A stretch of 39,748 bases of DNA from an uncultured Bacillota bacterium. GTDB lineage: Bacteria; Bacillota; Clostridia; Christensenellales; UBA1242. Positions 26,601 through 35,432 of the stretch are shown here, one piece after another (the stretch's first letter is position 1; each line of letters begins with the position of its first letter). Position numbers and translations under genes: made by a program. Under the pieces are notes generated by a model. The model was not told the origin of the DNA. It did no database searches and worked only from the letters and a program-made list of their open reading frames with translations. The stretch spans positions 1 to 39,748 of the forward strand of contig CALBYO010000129.1 in NCBI GenBank assembly GCA_937889705.1, read 5' to 3'.

Positions 26601-29600
26601 TGCAAACGATACAGATTTTAGAAATGGCGTTGCAAGCACTCCAAAAGACGGAATTTTAAATTATGATCCAAGTCGCGGCTACACAATTATCGGCGCACCA
26701 ATTAAACAAACGGGCGATAAATATGAAATTGTTGCAGTTGAAGACTCAAATGTTGAATACCTATTTAAAAACTTAGTTCAAGTTAGTGTTACGACTTCGG
26801 CTGGTTCTGTTGTTGTAAACGATAAATTAAAATTCACTTTGGAAATTCCAGACGACTTGAAAAGCTTTATAGAACTCATTTACGTTGACGGCGAATTAAT
26901 CGGCTTTAAACCAATAGCAAAACTTGGTAAAGCAGCAAATTTGGTTGTTTACTATTACAGTTCAGAAGTTGGTTTTAACTCTGGCGTTTTAAATATTAAT
27001 CTTGCATCATATTATCAAGCACAAGGCACGATTGATAACCATGACGGCGCAGATGTTTCACAAAAAGAGCCAGACGCAAAATTTGTTTTTGCCGAAGCAG
27101 ATATAATTTTAAACAACTTTAAAGTTTTGGGCTTTAACTTGGAAACAGGAATTTATGATGTTGAAATCAATACTGGACTGGGCGCAAAAATTGCTGCAAT
27201 ACTTAACCAATTAACAGCAATTACAAGCGACGAAACAAACTTGTTAAACATACTTCAAATTTTTGCAAGTCAAGACGCAGGAGAGTTGATTTTTACTCCA
27301 ATTTCAATCAAATTTGCACCTGTCAGCCAAGTTCAAAAATATGTTTTAACTTTCGCTTTTAACGACAATGTTGCCGAAAATGCTTACAATTTCTCGATTG
27401 ACTACATTTTCTATGTTCAACCTAATATTAAAGTTGATAAGAAAAAAATATTTGAAGTTAGAGATGAAATTTATTATCTTAACAACCAAGAAAATCCATT
27501 TAAAAATGGCTATACCTTGTATTGGTTTGAAACAACAAGTGATGGCGTTAATGTAATTAAATTCCCATTCAGCAGAATTTGCGGCGTTGAAAACTTTGTC
27601 GAAAGTAAATTCAACTTTGCTATTTATGAAGTTGGTGCGCAAAATGGCGGATTGACAGTTGGCACTCAATACACAATCTCAGGAGTCAAAAAATTAAGTT
27701 TATACGAACTTGTTGTTTATTATGCTGAGAATAAATTTACTTTTAGATATTTCGCAGAGCCAAATTTAAATTTGCCAGAGGAAATTGAAAAGGTAACTTA
27801 TAACGGCGAAGAATACTTATCTCTTTACGCAAAACAGGATATATCAGGTTTGACAGTTTTGAGTTTTGGCTCACTTGCAAATAACGGCAACATTTTGTCT
27901 TATGCCGAACTTAGCAAAAAAACTGGCAACATTAATGAAGCGTACACAAGATATGGCAACTTAATTTTAAATATTAATAAAAACAAATTTGGGTTGTTTG
28001 AGACTTATGTTGTATTAACAAACGGTTCAACAGAAAGTGAAGAATATGTTGTGTATAAGGCTCTTATTTTCCCAGAACAATGGTCTTATATTGATTATGG
28101 CGAAACTGCTGTAACTGATGTTTATCAAATTTTAAATGGCGAAGTTGTAAAGAATATTAAAAGCGGAAAAGATATTGAAAACTTTGCAAATACTATTTTG
28201 GCAAATAATTTTGAGTACGAAATATATGATTTAACTGACTCAAAATTATTAGAAAAAGATAATTTGTTAATTAATGTTGATGTTAAAAATAAAACTATCA
28301 AAACAAATCCAATGGGTAAAAATCACAAGTTTAGAATCACTTTCAAAGTTAATTACCCAGATATTGCCGGCACATTTTATGCTTACACATTCAATTATTA
28401 TGTTGAAGCAACTGCTTCGCAAACAATAGAAATTAATTATCCTTACACAGGAAGCGGAAACGGTGAAATTTTGGAAGATTTCAGTATTTCGCATAAAGTT
28501 TACTATGACGAATTTGAAAACAACCAATATATTATTGATTTAAAATCAAACAAAAATAATATGTTTGGAAAGGAGTTCGTAAAACTTACATCTAGCGGTG
28601 AAGGCGAATTTAATAATTTGATTTTTGAAATTGTAAAAGTTTATGTAAACAACGAAATAATAACAAATAACATTTCAAGTTATGTAACAATCGATAACAA
28701 TGGCAAAGTTGTTTTGAAAAATGTATCTTATGAATCATTAAATGTGTTAATTAAAATCTCAACAAAAAATGGTGCAGAAGGTTATTACAAAATTAGCGTT
28801 CAAAATCGTGCTGTAAATTATGTTATTGGTGTTGATGATACCGAAACAGGAGCAGGATTTGCGGAAAATGAAATTGAAAAACTTGTTCGTAAAGATTTGC
28901 AAGATGGAAAATACGATCTTTCAAACTATGTGCTTAGGATAAGAGAAGGTTCATCTTCATATTCCGAAGTTAAAAACTTACCGCTTCATTTTGCAGTTTT
29001 AAACAAAGACGGAGTTTTGCAAACAACAAGCAATATCATATATTATGATTCCACAAAGCAAGAATTGGTAGTGGGCTCATCACCAATTAAGCAAACAGCA
29101 ACACTTTATGCTTTCACATCAGAAGGCGTTGTGGCTAAAATTGAAATTGATATTGACAGCCCTATAAGCATAAGCCAAACCAGGGACAACTATGACGGCG
29201 GAGAAAATGACGCCCATGGTTTGTATGGTGACCAAATCGTTGATTTGTTTAAATACTTATCGATTTCTTATGAGGGTACAAAAGTTGAAGATGTTAATGG
29301 TTACAAATTTACAATAATAGCTAATGATTATGTTTCAATAGATGGCAAGAACTTAGTAATCAAGCCATATTTCAATGCTAATAATGAATTTATAGAAATT
29401 ACAATCAAAGTCCAACTTTGGGGTGAAACACAAGACGAAAGTGGAAACCCAATAAAAAACCCTCTTCCTGGAACTAGCGAAGATATTAAATGTGAACTTG
29501 AAATTACTTTCAGCATCATGCCAAATGTTATAGTAGACAATCAAACAGTAACAGTCAAAGCAAATCAAACATTGACATGGAAAGAGATTGATAATTTATT

Positions 29601-32600
29601 TAACCTCAAAAAAGGTGGTGGTTATTCATATAACTTGGGAAGTTTTACACATAATTTGCTTGCAGAAGAATTGAAACTTTATGAAACATCAAATACATTA
29701 TTAGAAAAAGAATTGCAGTTTGACACAGGAACAAAGACTTTAACATTTGCTCCAAAACCAGTTATGGCAAAAAGAGAAATTGTTATAACATTTAAGATTT
29801 CCAAAGGAGATTTTGAAACAACTGGAACTTTAACAATTACGATTGAACCAGACACCGATGTTGAAATCAATTATCCAGATTTTGGAACTGGCAGAAATTT
29901 TGACGCACTTTATATATATAAAGAAGATTATAAAGACAATATTTTAGATTTAATAGAAAGTAAGTACATTCAAATAATTGGCAAAGGAACAAATACACAA
30001 ATTGTTTTAAGAGCAACATCTGATTATATTTCTATAACAAATAACAAAATTACTTTAACTGGCGATGCTTTGAGCTTGGAATCAAATGAGACGATTGTTA
30101 TTTCGATTTATGTCGACGGACTTTTAAGAAGCACATTCACGTTGGTAATTTGCAATAATCCAGTGTTTACTGCAAGTTTTGATAACGGATTTAGTGAAAT
30201 TAGCGAAGATTTGTTAAAAGATGAAGTCACAGGAAATCCATTCTGGTTTGTAGATGGCAGCATCTCAATTAAAACAGAACAAAATAGAAGAGGTCTTGTA
30301 TTTGGAATTTATATTATTGCAAGAAATAAATTAACTGGTGTTGAAACAAGAGTTTTAATCGGTGGAGAAGGCTCACAAGAAACAGTTAAGAGTGCAGTGC
30401 TATATTTTGCTGATTACGACAGTCTAGACAGAAAATTAACTCTTAATAAGGCAATAGAGAGAAATGCTGATAACACTTATTCATTCGCTAAAATCTTTGC
30501 AGACGAAGGAATTGACATTGCCACTTGCGAATTCTATTTTGGTGAATTTGTGGTAAATGAAAATCAAGTTGTTTTGGGATCTAATCTCCAAATCAAGCAA
30601 CCAACAAAACGCATTACCTACTATTACAATGGTTTTGAAATGACTTTCTCAGAAGCAGCAACTTTGTTTAAAGTTGGCGGAAAAAAGATAAGTGAGTTTG
30701 GACTTCAAGGGGAAGGGGAAAGCGGATCTTATACATTAATTAACGCAAACAGCAGTGTTGAAATTGCTAAATATGAATTTAAAGTTGTTAAAGATTACAA
30801 ATTTGACGACAACAACTTTGCAAACAGTCCAACAGGTGGCTCAACAAGTTCAGTTACAAAAGATACATATAATGACAAAGAATTCGACAATCTATATGGC
30901 GAGCAATATAGGGTTTCAAAAACGATTGAATTGACGGCGGGTAATAGTTATTCGTTAATTGAATTGTTAAGAGGCTTAGGTTTAACCTCTTATAGAGGTG
31001 GTGCTTATCAATCAAAAGAAAAGATATATTTGGAGCATGGAAATTACACAACTAATGAAAACTTCAAATATAATTTAGGTTCATTAATCTCGCTTCAATC
31101 AATTTTGTCGGAAGAAAATATCATAGATTACACAATCACACCAAATGGTGCAAAGAAAGGTGGAGATATCGTTCACTTGGTTGTAAGGTTTGGTGCAGAC
31201 GAGCTTGCCTCAACGAACGCCTATGCGGACGCAGACACTTATATTATTAGAATCAAGATTCTTCCAAGTATAACAATCACTCCAACATCTGCTAGTGGTG
31301 AAAACATTTTGTCGTATGAAGGAAACACAACAACGGGATTAACATTAACGGCTGGCACTACAATGCCAAAGAATACTGATAACCTCTACTTCAATATTCC
31401 ACTTTCAAAACTTGTAACAATCAGCGGAAATTATGACATTACAAAAATGATTGTGTCAGTTGGTAGTGGTTCTGAGTATGTTGTTGGTGCTGGATACGCA
31501 AACAGGCTTGGAAAATTGCCAGACAGCGACGAATATGGAATTCAGTTTAACAAAACGATTTTTGGTGGAAATATAATTGAACTTACAATTTCTGATAGGT
31601 TCGGTTATAGCGAAAGCATTAGAGTTCAATATTTGAATAGCAAAAATGTATCGCCAACAATCTTATCAAATCCATCTTCAATATTTGAAGGCGATCAATT
31701 TACTTTGGCTTTCTATAAAGGACTTGACAAAAATGGTCTCAAAGAATATCAATGTTTTGGTGCGCAATCTGGGTCACTCACAGAAACTACATTAGCTGGC
31801 ATACCAAATGTAATTATCATAAATGGTTTTGATCAAATAGAAGGTGTGAAGTTAACAAATGAAGGAACTGGGGATCTCGTATCATATAACCTAGGCACAA
31901 AAGAAGCTGCTGTTGATGGTACTAAACTTACACTTGGTTATAACGACAATTCGATTTTTGGAAATAACATCAGATTATTACCAAATGAATTTGGTTTAAA
32001 AATTAGGTTAACAGTTCAAAACAGCGCAATCGGTAAAAGTGAAGTTGTTGAACTTGATGTAAACACATCTTTGAACCAAAGATATAAAGTTCAAGCAAAG
32101 GGCGATTATGGTAGGTATTCTACAATCTATCTTGGCAACGGAAATGATTATAAATTAACCGACTTGTTTGAAATTTACGATTTAAAACTTGGTGCAACAA
32201 CTGATAAAGTAAAATTTGCGGATAATGGCAGCAACAATAGCGAAACTAAAGGATATTTGATAGGAATTAAAGATGGTAAATTAACTTTTGGTGGAGCATC
32301 ATTCGCTGAAAACAATAAGATATCTGCCACAGAAGAAACCAAATTTAAGTTTAACCTTTCTGGTGAAGGGTTGGGAACGAGTGTAGATCACGAATATGGC
32401 TTCAACATTGCATTAACTCCAAAGTATTATGCGGTTGAAATGAAGGATGCAGATCAAAACTACGGAATTGTTGTTGATGGCAATGCGCAGAGTTCTTATA
32501 GTGGCACAGATTGGAAAGGTAGTATTATTTATCTTGACTATTATGGAAATGTAGTAGCAACAGGTGAAATTTCAGATGTTTTATATTCAAAAGTTTCAGG

Positions 32601-33414
32601 TATTGGAACGCTATCATCTGATAATCTTTCTGCACTAAGCGCTAATAGCCCTGTAACTATTGCTGTGAATTCAGATGGGGTTGAAATTGGACAAGTCATG
32701 GTCACAATGAGAAGGTATTATGCGTTAACTGGCGGCGGAACTTCAAGCGGTATAGGTTCAACAAACAAGTTGGACTTTGCGCTATGGACTAATGGAATAA
32801 AGGCACTTGTTGTTCAGACGACGACTGGTGAAGATCTTAGCCAAGGAATTGGTTTGTTCACTTATTCCACAATCACTAAAGGCTATGACATTACTTATGA
32901 AGATGGTCAATATAAACTTGTTAAGATTTCTGACAACTTTAAAGAAAATGATGAAGTTGCGGTCATTGTGAAGTATATGGGGAAAGAGTTGGGAATGCTT
33001 AGAATTAGTATCCAAAAAAATACTAATGGCGATGTTGTTGTTGTTGACTTGCCGTTTGATGCTTTGTCAGTTGTTGATGAGGGAAAGAAAGAAATAATTC
33101 TTGCCAAAGAAGGCTCTGAACAAAATAAAACTATTAAATTTGAAGATTGGGCAAATTTGATTCAAGTGTATAATTCACAACATACCAATATAAAAGTCTC
33201 TTTATATGCAGTTTATTCGTTATTTAATGTTACAATAACAACAAATGGATATAAATTGGAAGGTGGCAACATTGTGAAAACTGATCAATCCGCTTTCAGC
33301 GCAGGAGAAATTTCTATTGCTTTCTCGATAAAATATAAGAAGTCTGATGGAACAGAACAAGATTGTGGTTCACAAACCTTAAAATTTAATATAAAGGCTC
33401 CACAAACAACTTAA
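23668..33414 (+). CDS. Giant (3,248 aa) N-terminally anchored extracellular protein, family unknown
   Basis: Uninterrupted 9.75-kb ORF. ATG at 23668 with a GGGGG Shine-Dalgarno 4 nt upstream. MRTLK plus a hydrophobic segment of about 22 residues, then a long Asn/Ile/Thr/Glu/Tyr-rich, Cys-poor sequence with beta-strand-like alternation. No LPXTG and no recognisable anchoring repeats. Confidence 0.8.
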   Translation: MRTLKVALIVFFSILGIVGATVLGLYLTGKLNVEAIPPADIFYADVTVDENGNQTFTSHTGEYFASSNFEMIIGTTSKSEDYNQTKVNLDFGTTVAKRYLKVNSETLTPYCYTLDENGNQVKYELTDEANGNYITNGKIVVPKTVTIGRAFKVLLCVSTDEASDGAIDENTKLYNIGGTVVLYAQSEAKSLSRINTTINIDVPVESIRIIPTTSNGGEEKVLNTIIENDKLYYVVNLETFFGLKVEFSPARSAYLYGKDGSNGTAQFKKVIFGLNNDEENIVLVDADGNMIAGVSDIARMLSVLSGDGEVFARVFKNAADNNANAGLSLAEQYELMANSGVSASANIRVTNITIDGFEISDKYHGAGNELDFDINNRLIITANNELFGKSLQIGILADGYSQGAVQKEIENIYLSIQVFKNGSWVDATAGDNKYFAFVGSQVYVMNLLDSDYYGFNFYQVKFNRNMPNNSYWEIAALANNENADYSSIRIQVFYKSSEGIVENNSKYGPYDVECVVNPVVEPEVEWNDNSDYKQSDELVADNRNEEILFYVDGVANPIIIDLTNLGLITNLDQNPANTLIKYFICSKTDANLDSKINCRKYNGQLQGLPTGMQYVYELLSDEKLIISSMGDVSEFEFDIVFAVVQNDFYGNAVKDGDSYVIKALPSAQNGSLITLPFRISKTVDISNESLSVVINTPVSPYGEPTFVLQRTSNSLKLAIKIKTTDVEIFKKQVDAGNITLHAYENNVLVNYLHYYNDGVNYPLENALAAYLETNPTVLTDGEYTIFEINLSTGEIAFADAEDEKAINIVLNYVVNTEKGDMNFTASTTNINIYSGKINDLKIKYSYIDDNGVTVEKYFEGNEIINIVKRIVNNVGVTEISTIYTMEIDGQEREIVILTNDYLNVEFTKYGIDDVLNISSSNSLVLQVSYMSLNDEIKYQLSALKSGENVRVTFKPQFAHSNFKAITLVFNIDANFEVDANDTDFRNGVASTPKDGILNYDPSRGYTIIGAPIKQTGDKYEIVAVEDSNVEYLFKNLVQVSVTTSAGSVVVNDKLKFTLEIPDDLKSFIELIYVDGELIGFKPIAKLGKAANLVVYYYSSEVGFNSGVLNINLASYYQAQGTIDNHDGADVSQKEPDAKFVFAEADIILNNFKVLGFNLETGIYDVEINTGLGAKIAAILNQLTAITSDETNLLNILQIFASQDAGELIFTPISIKFAPVSQVQKYVLTFAFNDNVAENAYNFSIDYIFYVQPNIKVDKKKIFEVRDEIYYLNNQENPFKNGYTLYWFETTSDGVNVIKFPFSRICGVENFVESKFNFAIYEVGAQNGGLTVGTQYTISGVKKLSLYELVVYYAENKFTFRYFAEPNLNLPEEIEKVTYNGEEYLSLYAKQDISGLTVLSFGSLANNGNILSYAELSKKTGNINEAYTRYGNLILNINKNKFGLFETYVVLTNGSTESEEYVVYKALIFPEQWSYIDYGETAVTDVYQILNGEVVKNIKSGKDIENFANTILANNFEYEIYDLTDSKLLEKDNLLINVDVKNKTIKTNPMGKNHKFRITFKVNYPDIAGTFYAYTFNYYVEATASQTIEINYPYTGSGNGEILEDFSISHKVYYDEFENNQYIIDLKSNKNNMFGKEFVKLTSSGEGEFNNLIFEIVKVYVNNEIITNNISSYVTIDNNGKVVLKNVSYESLNVLIKISTKNGAEGYYKISVQNRAVNYVIGVDDTETGAGFAENEIEKLVRKDLQDGKYDLSNYVLRIREGSSSYSEVKNLPLHFAVLNKDGVLQTTSNIIYYDSTKQELVVGSSPIKQTATLYAFTSEGVVAKIEIDIDSPISISQTRDNYDGGENDAHGLYGDQIVDLFKYLSISYEGTKVEDVNGYKFTIIANDYVSIDGKNLVIKPYFNANNEFIEITIKVQLWGETQDESGNPIKNPLPGTSEDIKCELEITFSIMPNVIVDNQTVTVKANQTLTWKEIDNLFNLKKGGGYSYNLGSFTHNLLAEELKLYETSNTLLEKELQFDTGTKTLTFAPKPVMAKREIVITFKISKGDFETTGTLTITIEPDTDVEINYPDFGTGRNFDALYIYKEDYKDNILDLIESKYIQIIGKGTNTQIVLRATSDYISITNNKITLTGDALSLESNETIVISIYVDGLLRSTFTLVICNNPVFTASFDNGFSEISEDLLKDEVTGNPFWFVDGSISIKTEQNRRGLVFGIYIIARNKLTGVETRVLIGGEGSQETVKSAVLYFADYDSLDRKLTLNKAIERNADNTYSFAKIFADEGIDIATCEFYFGEFVVNENQVVLGSNLQIKQPTKRITYYYNGFEMTFSEAATLFKVGGKKISEFGLQGEGESGSYTLINANSSVEIAKYEFKVVKDYKFDDNNFANSPTGGSTSSVTKDTYNDKEFDNLYGEQYRVSKTIELTAGNSYSLIELLRGLGLTSYRGGAYQSKEKIYLEHGNYTTNENFKYNLGSLISLQSILSEENIIDYTITPNGAKKGGDIVHLVVRFGADELASTNAYADADTYIIRIKILPSITITPTSASGENILSYEGNTTTGLTLTAGTTMPKNTDNLYFNIPLSKLVTISGNYDITKMIVSVGSGSEYVVGAGYANRLGKLPDSDEYGIQFNKTIFGGNIIELTISDRFGYSESIRVQYLNSKNVSPTILSNPSSIFEGDQFTLAFYKGLDKNGLKEYQCFGAQSGSLTETTLAGIPNVIIINGFDQIEGVKLTNEGTGDLVSYNLGTKEAAVDGTKLTLGYNDNSIFGNNIRLLPNEFGLKIRLTVQNSAIGKSEVVELDVNTSLNQRYKVQAKGDYGRYSTIYLGNGNDYKLTDLFEIYDLKLGATTDKVKFADNGSNNSETKGYLIGIKDGKLTFGGASFAENNKISATEETKFKFNLSGEGLGTSVDHEYGFNIALTPKYYAVEMKDADQNYGIVVDGNAQSSYSGTDWKGSIIYLDYYGNVVATGEISDVLYSKVSGIGTLSSDNLSALSANSPVTIAVNSDGVEIGQVMVTMRRYYALTGGGTSSGIGSTNKLDFALWTNGIKALVVQTTTGEDLSQGIGLFTYSTITKGYDITYEDGQYKLVKISDNFKENDEVAVIVKYMGKELGMLRISIQKNTNGDVVVVDLPFDALSVVDEGKKEIILAKEGSEQNKTIKFEDWANLIQVYNSQHTNIKVSLYAVYSLFNVTITTNGYKLEGGNIVKTDQSAFSAGEISIAFSIKYKKSDGTEQDCGSQTLKFNIKAPQTT

Positions 33415-33442
33415 TAAACTATAAAAAAGTTTAAAATATTTG

Positions 33443-33471
33443 TTGACACTCCGAGAAAAGTGTGTTACAAT
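33443..33471 (+). promoter_or_regulatory. rpmG-secE-nusG operon promoter (TTGACA-17-TACAAT, extended -10 TG)
   Basis: TTGACA at 33443-33448, TG at 33463-33464, TACAAT at 33466-33471. Confidence 0.7.
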
Positions 33472-33477
33472 GCTTGT

Positions 33478-33504
33478 AACACTCAGATTTCGGGGTGTTT
33501 TTTT
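33478..33504 (+). terminator. Terminator hairpin of the giant gene, overlapping the rpmG transcription start region
   Basis: aacactc-agatttcg-gggtgtt plus T7. An alternative longer 5' arm at 33446-33458 pairs with the same 3' arm. Confidence 0.5.
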
Positions 33505-33518
33505 AAGGAGAGAAAAAT

Positions 33519-33686
33519 ATGGCAAAGAAAAATGTTGCTCGTGCACACATCATGATTGCTTGCACAGAATGCAAAGAAAGAAATTACGCAACTGTAAAAA
33601 ATAAGAAGAACGACCCAGAAAGAATTGAAATTTCTAAACATTGCCCAAGATGCAACAAACACACTCTTCACAAAGAAACAAAATAG
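33519..33686 (+). CDS. rpmG: 50S ribosomal protein L33
   Basis: Not in the ORF track (55 aa): [55 protein letters not shown]. CxxC...CxxC zinc ribbon. AAGGAG Shine-Dalgarno. Confidence 0.9.
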   Translation: MAKKNVARAHIMIACTECKERNYATVKNKKNDPERIEISKHCPRCNKHTLHKETK

Positions 33687-33748
33687 TTTTTGTTTCAATT
33701 TTTTGTTAAACAAAAGATGTTTAATTTTGTGAATTTTAGGAGTTAAAA

Positions 33749-34258
33749 ATGGGAAAGAAAAATAAAAAGAAAAATCAAGTTTTAGCGGGCGGACCAGTTT
33801 TGGAAAACACTGATGCAAATGCTACGGCAGAAAATCTTGTTTTAGAAGCAGAAGCGGATAAACAAGAAAATGTTCAACCAGAGCAAGCACCAGTTAAAGA
33901 AGACGTTAAAAAGTCTGATGCTGGCAGCAAAAAGAAAAAAGTTAAAAAAGAAAAGAAAGAGTCAAAACTTGCAAGAAGATTTAAAGAAACAGGTTCTGAA
34001 CTCAAAAAAGTAACTTGGCCAACATTTAAAGAAACTGTTAAAAGAACAGGTGTTGTTTTAGGTGTTGTTATCTTCTTTGGCCTTATACTTTTTGCCTTTG
34101 ACTATATCTTAACAGTTCTTTCAAGTTTGCTTGCTGGTAAGACTATCACAGCAGTTCAACAATGGTTGTCTGTTGGTCTTGCTTGCGCTATCGTTGTTAT
34201 CGCTGTCGTTTGGATTATTGTATGGGCAGTAAGAAAGAAAAACAGAGATAGGAGATAG
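33749..34258 (+). CDS. secE: Preprotein translocase subunit SecE, elongated form (169 aa)
   Basis: Canonical core SELKKVTWPTFKETVKRTGVVLGVVIFFGLILFAFDYIL, preceded by a charged extension of about 75 aa and followed by an extra hydrophobic segment. Position between rpmG and nusG fits. Confidence 0.8.
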   Translation: MGKKNKKKNQVLAGGPVLENTDANATAENLVLEAEADKQENVQPEQAPVKEDVKKSDAGSKKKKVKKEKKESKLARRFKETGSELKKVTWPTFKETVKRTGVVLGVVIFFGLILFAFDYILTVLSSLLAGKTITAVQQWLSVGLACAIVVIAVVWIIVWAVRKKNRDRR

Positions 34259-34260
34259 GC

Positions 34261-34893
34261 ATGGACGAAAAAGAATTAGAACAAGTTAGCGAACAAGTTG
34301 AAGCAAATAACGAAGAAAGTGCCCCAGTGGCTGTTGAAGCAAAGGATAAAAGCGTAAGTCCTTTTAGAGATAGCCCAGATAGCAAATGGTATGTTCTTCA
34401 CACTTTTTCAGGCTATGAAAATGTTGCGAAAGAAAATTTGGAAACAGTTGTTGAAAAATTCAATTTGCAAGACAGAATTTTCGATATTATCATTCCTATG
34501 GAAGATGTTATTGAAGAAAAAAATGGCAAGAAAAAACTTGTATCAAGAAAGGTTATGCCATGCTACTTACTTGTTAAAATGATATATGGTGACGATATGT
34601 GGCACAATATCACAAGAACAAGGGGTATTACTGGTTTCGTTGGCCCAAAAGGCCGTCCACTTGCTCTTACGGAAGACGAAATTAGAAAAATGAGATTGGA
34701 AGTTATCAGAACAGATATCAATATCCAAGTTGGAGATAAGGTTGAAGTTATTGATGGCCCACTTATGAATATGCTCGGAACAGTTCTCACTGTTGATGAA
34801 GTAAATTCAAGAGCAAAAGTAAATGTCGAAATGTTCGGCAGAGAAACACCAGTTGACTTAGATTTCAGTCAATTAAAGGTTGTTAAAGATTAA
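34261..34893 (+). CDS. nusG: Transcription termination/antitermination factor NusG
   Basis: NGN domain (WYVLHTFSGYENVAKENL) and KOW motif (GDKVEVIDGPLMNMLGTV). Acidic N-terminal extension of about 40 aa. Confidence 0.92.
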   Translation: MDEKELEQVSEQVEANNEESAPVAVEAKDKSVSPFRDSPDSKWYVLHTFSGYENVAKENLETVVEKFNLQDRIFDIIIPMEDVIEEKNGKKKLVSRKVMPCYLLVKMIYGDDMWHNITRTRGITGFVGPKGRPLALTEDEIRKMRLEVIRTDINIQVGDKVEVIDGPLMNMLGTVLTVDEVNSRAKVNVEMFGRETPVDLDFSQLKVVKD

Positions 34894-34998
34894 TTTGGTT
34901 TTATCGCGAAAGCGTTAAAATATATGGGCAGAGCCCAAACAAAATCGTGGGAGAGATGTTTAGCCACATCTTGATAGCACCACAAGGGAGGTAGAAAT
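34894..34998 (+). promoter_or_regulatory. Structured rplK-rplA leader; possible L1 autoregulatory site
   Basis: 105-nt untranslated spacer with hairpins cgc-gaaa-gcg, ggg-cagag-ccc and agatgt-ttagcc-acatct next to GGGAG. The function is only inferred. Confidence 0.3.
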
Positions 34999-35424
34999 AT
35001 GGCTAAGAAAATTAATGCAATTGTTAAACTTCAATTGCCAGCCGGTAAAGCCACACCAGGACCACCAGTCGGTTCATCACTTGGACCTCATGGTATCAAC
35101 ATTGCAGGCTTTACAAAGGAGTTCAACGAAAAAACAGCAAATCAAGCAGGTTTAATTATCCCTGTTGTGATCACTATCTATGCAGATAGATCATTTGATT
35201 TCGTATTAAAAACTCCACCAGCTGCTGTTTTAATCAAAAAAGCAATCGGAATTGAAACAGGAAGCGCAAAACCAAACAAAACAAAAGTCGGAACAATCAA
35301 AAGAGAGCAAATCAGAGAAATTGCAACTCTTAAAATGCCAGATTTGAATGCATCATCAATTGAATCTGCTATGAAAATGATTGAAGGCGCAGCTAGAAGC
35401 ATGGGCGTCGTTGTTGAAGACTAG
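34999..35424 (+). CDS. rplK: 50S ribosomal protein L11
   Basis: [16 protein letters not shown] signature. 141 aa. Confidence 0.95.
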   Translation: MAKKINAIVKLQLPAGKATPGPPVGSSLGPHGINIAGFTKEFNEKTANQAGLIIPVVITIYADRSFDFVLKTPPAAVLIKKAIGIETGSAKPNKTKVGTIKREQIREIATLKMPDLNASSIESAMKMIEGAARSMGVVVED

Positions 35425-35432
35425 GAGGCAAT

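Noticed and set aside
33483-33818. 111-aa minus-strand ORF
   Set aside because: It overlaps the unmistakable rpmG (L33) gene and the secE start on the plus strand. It is a hydrophobic, junk-like translation.
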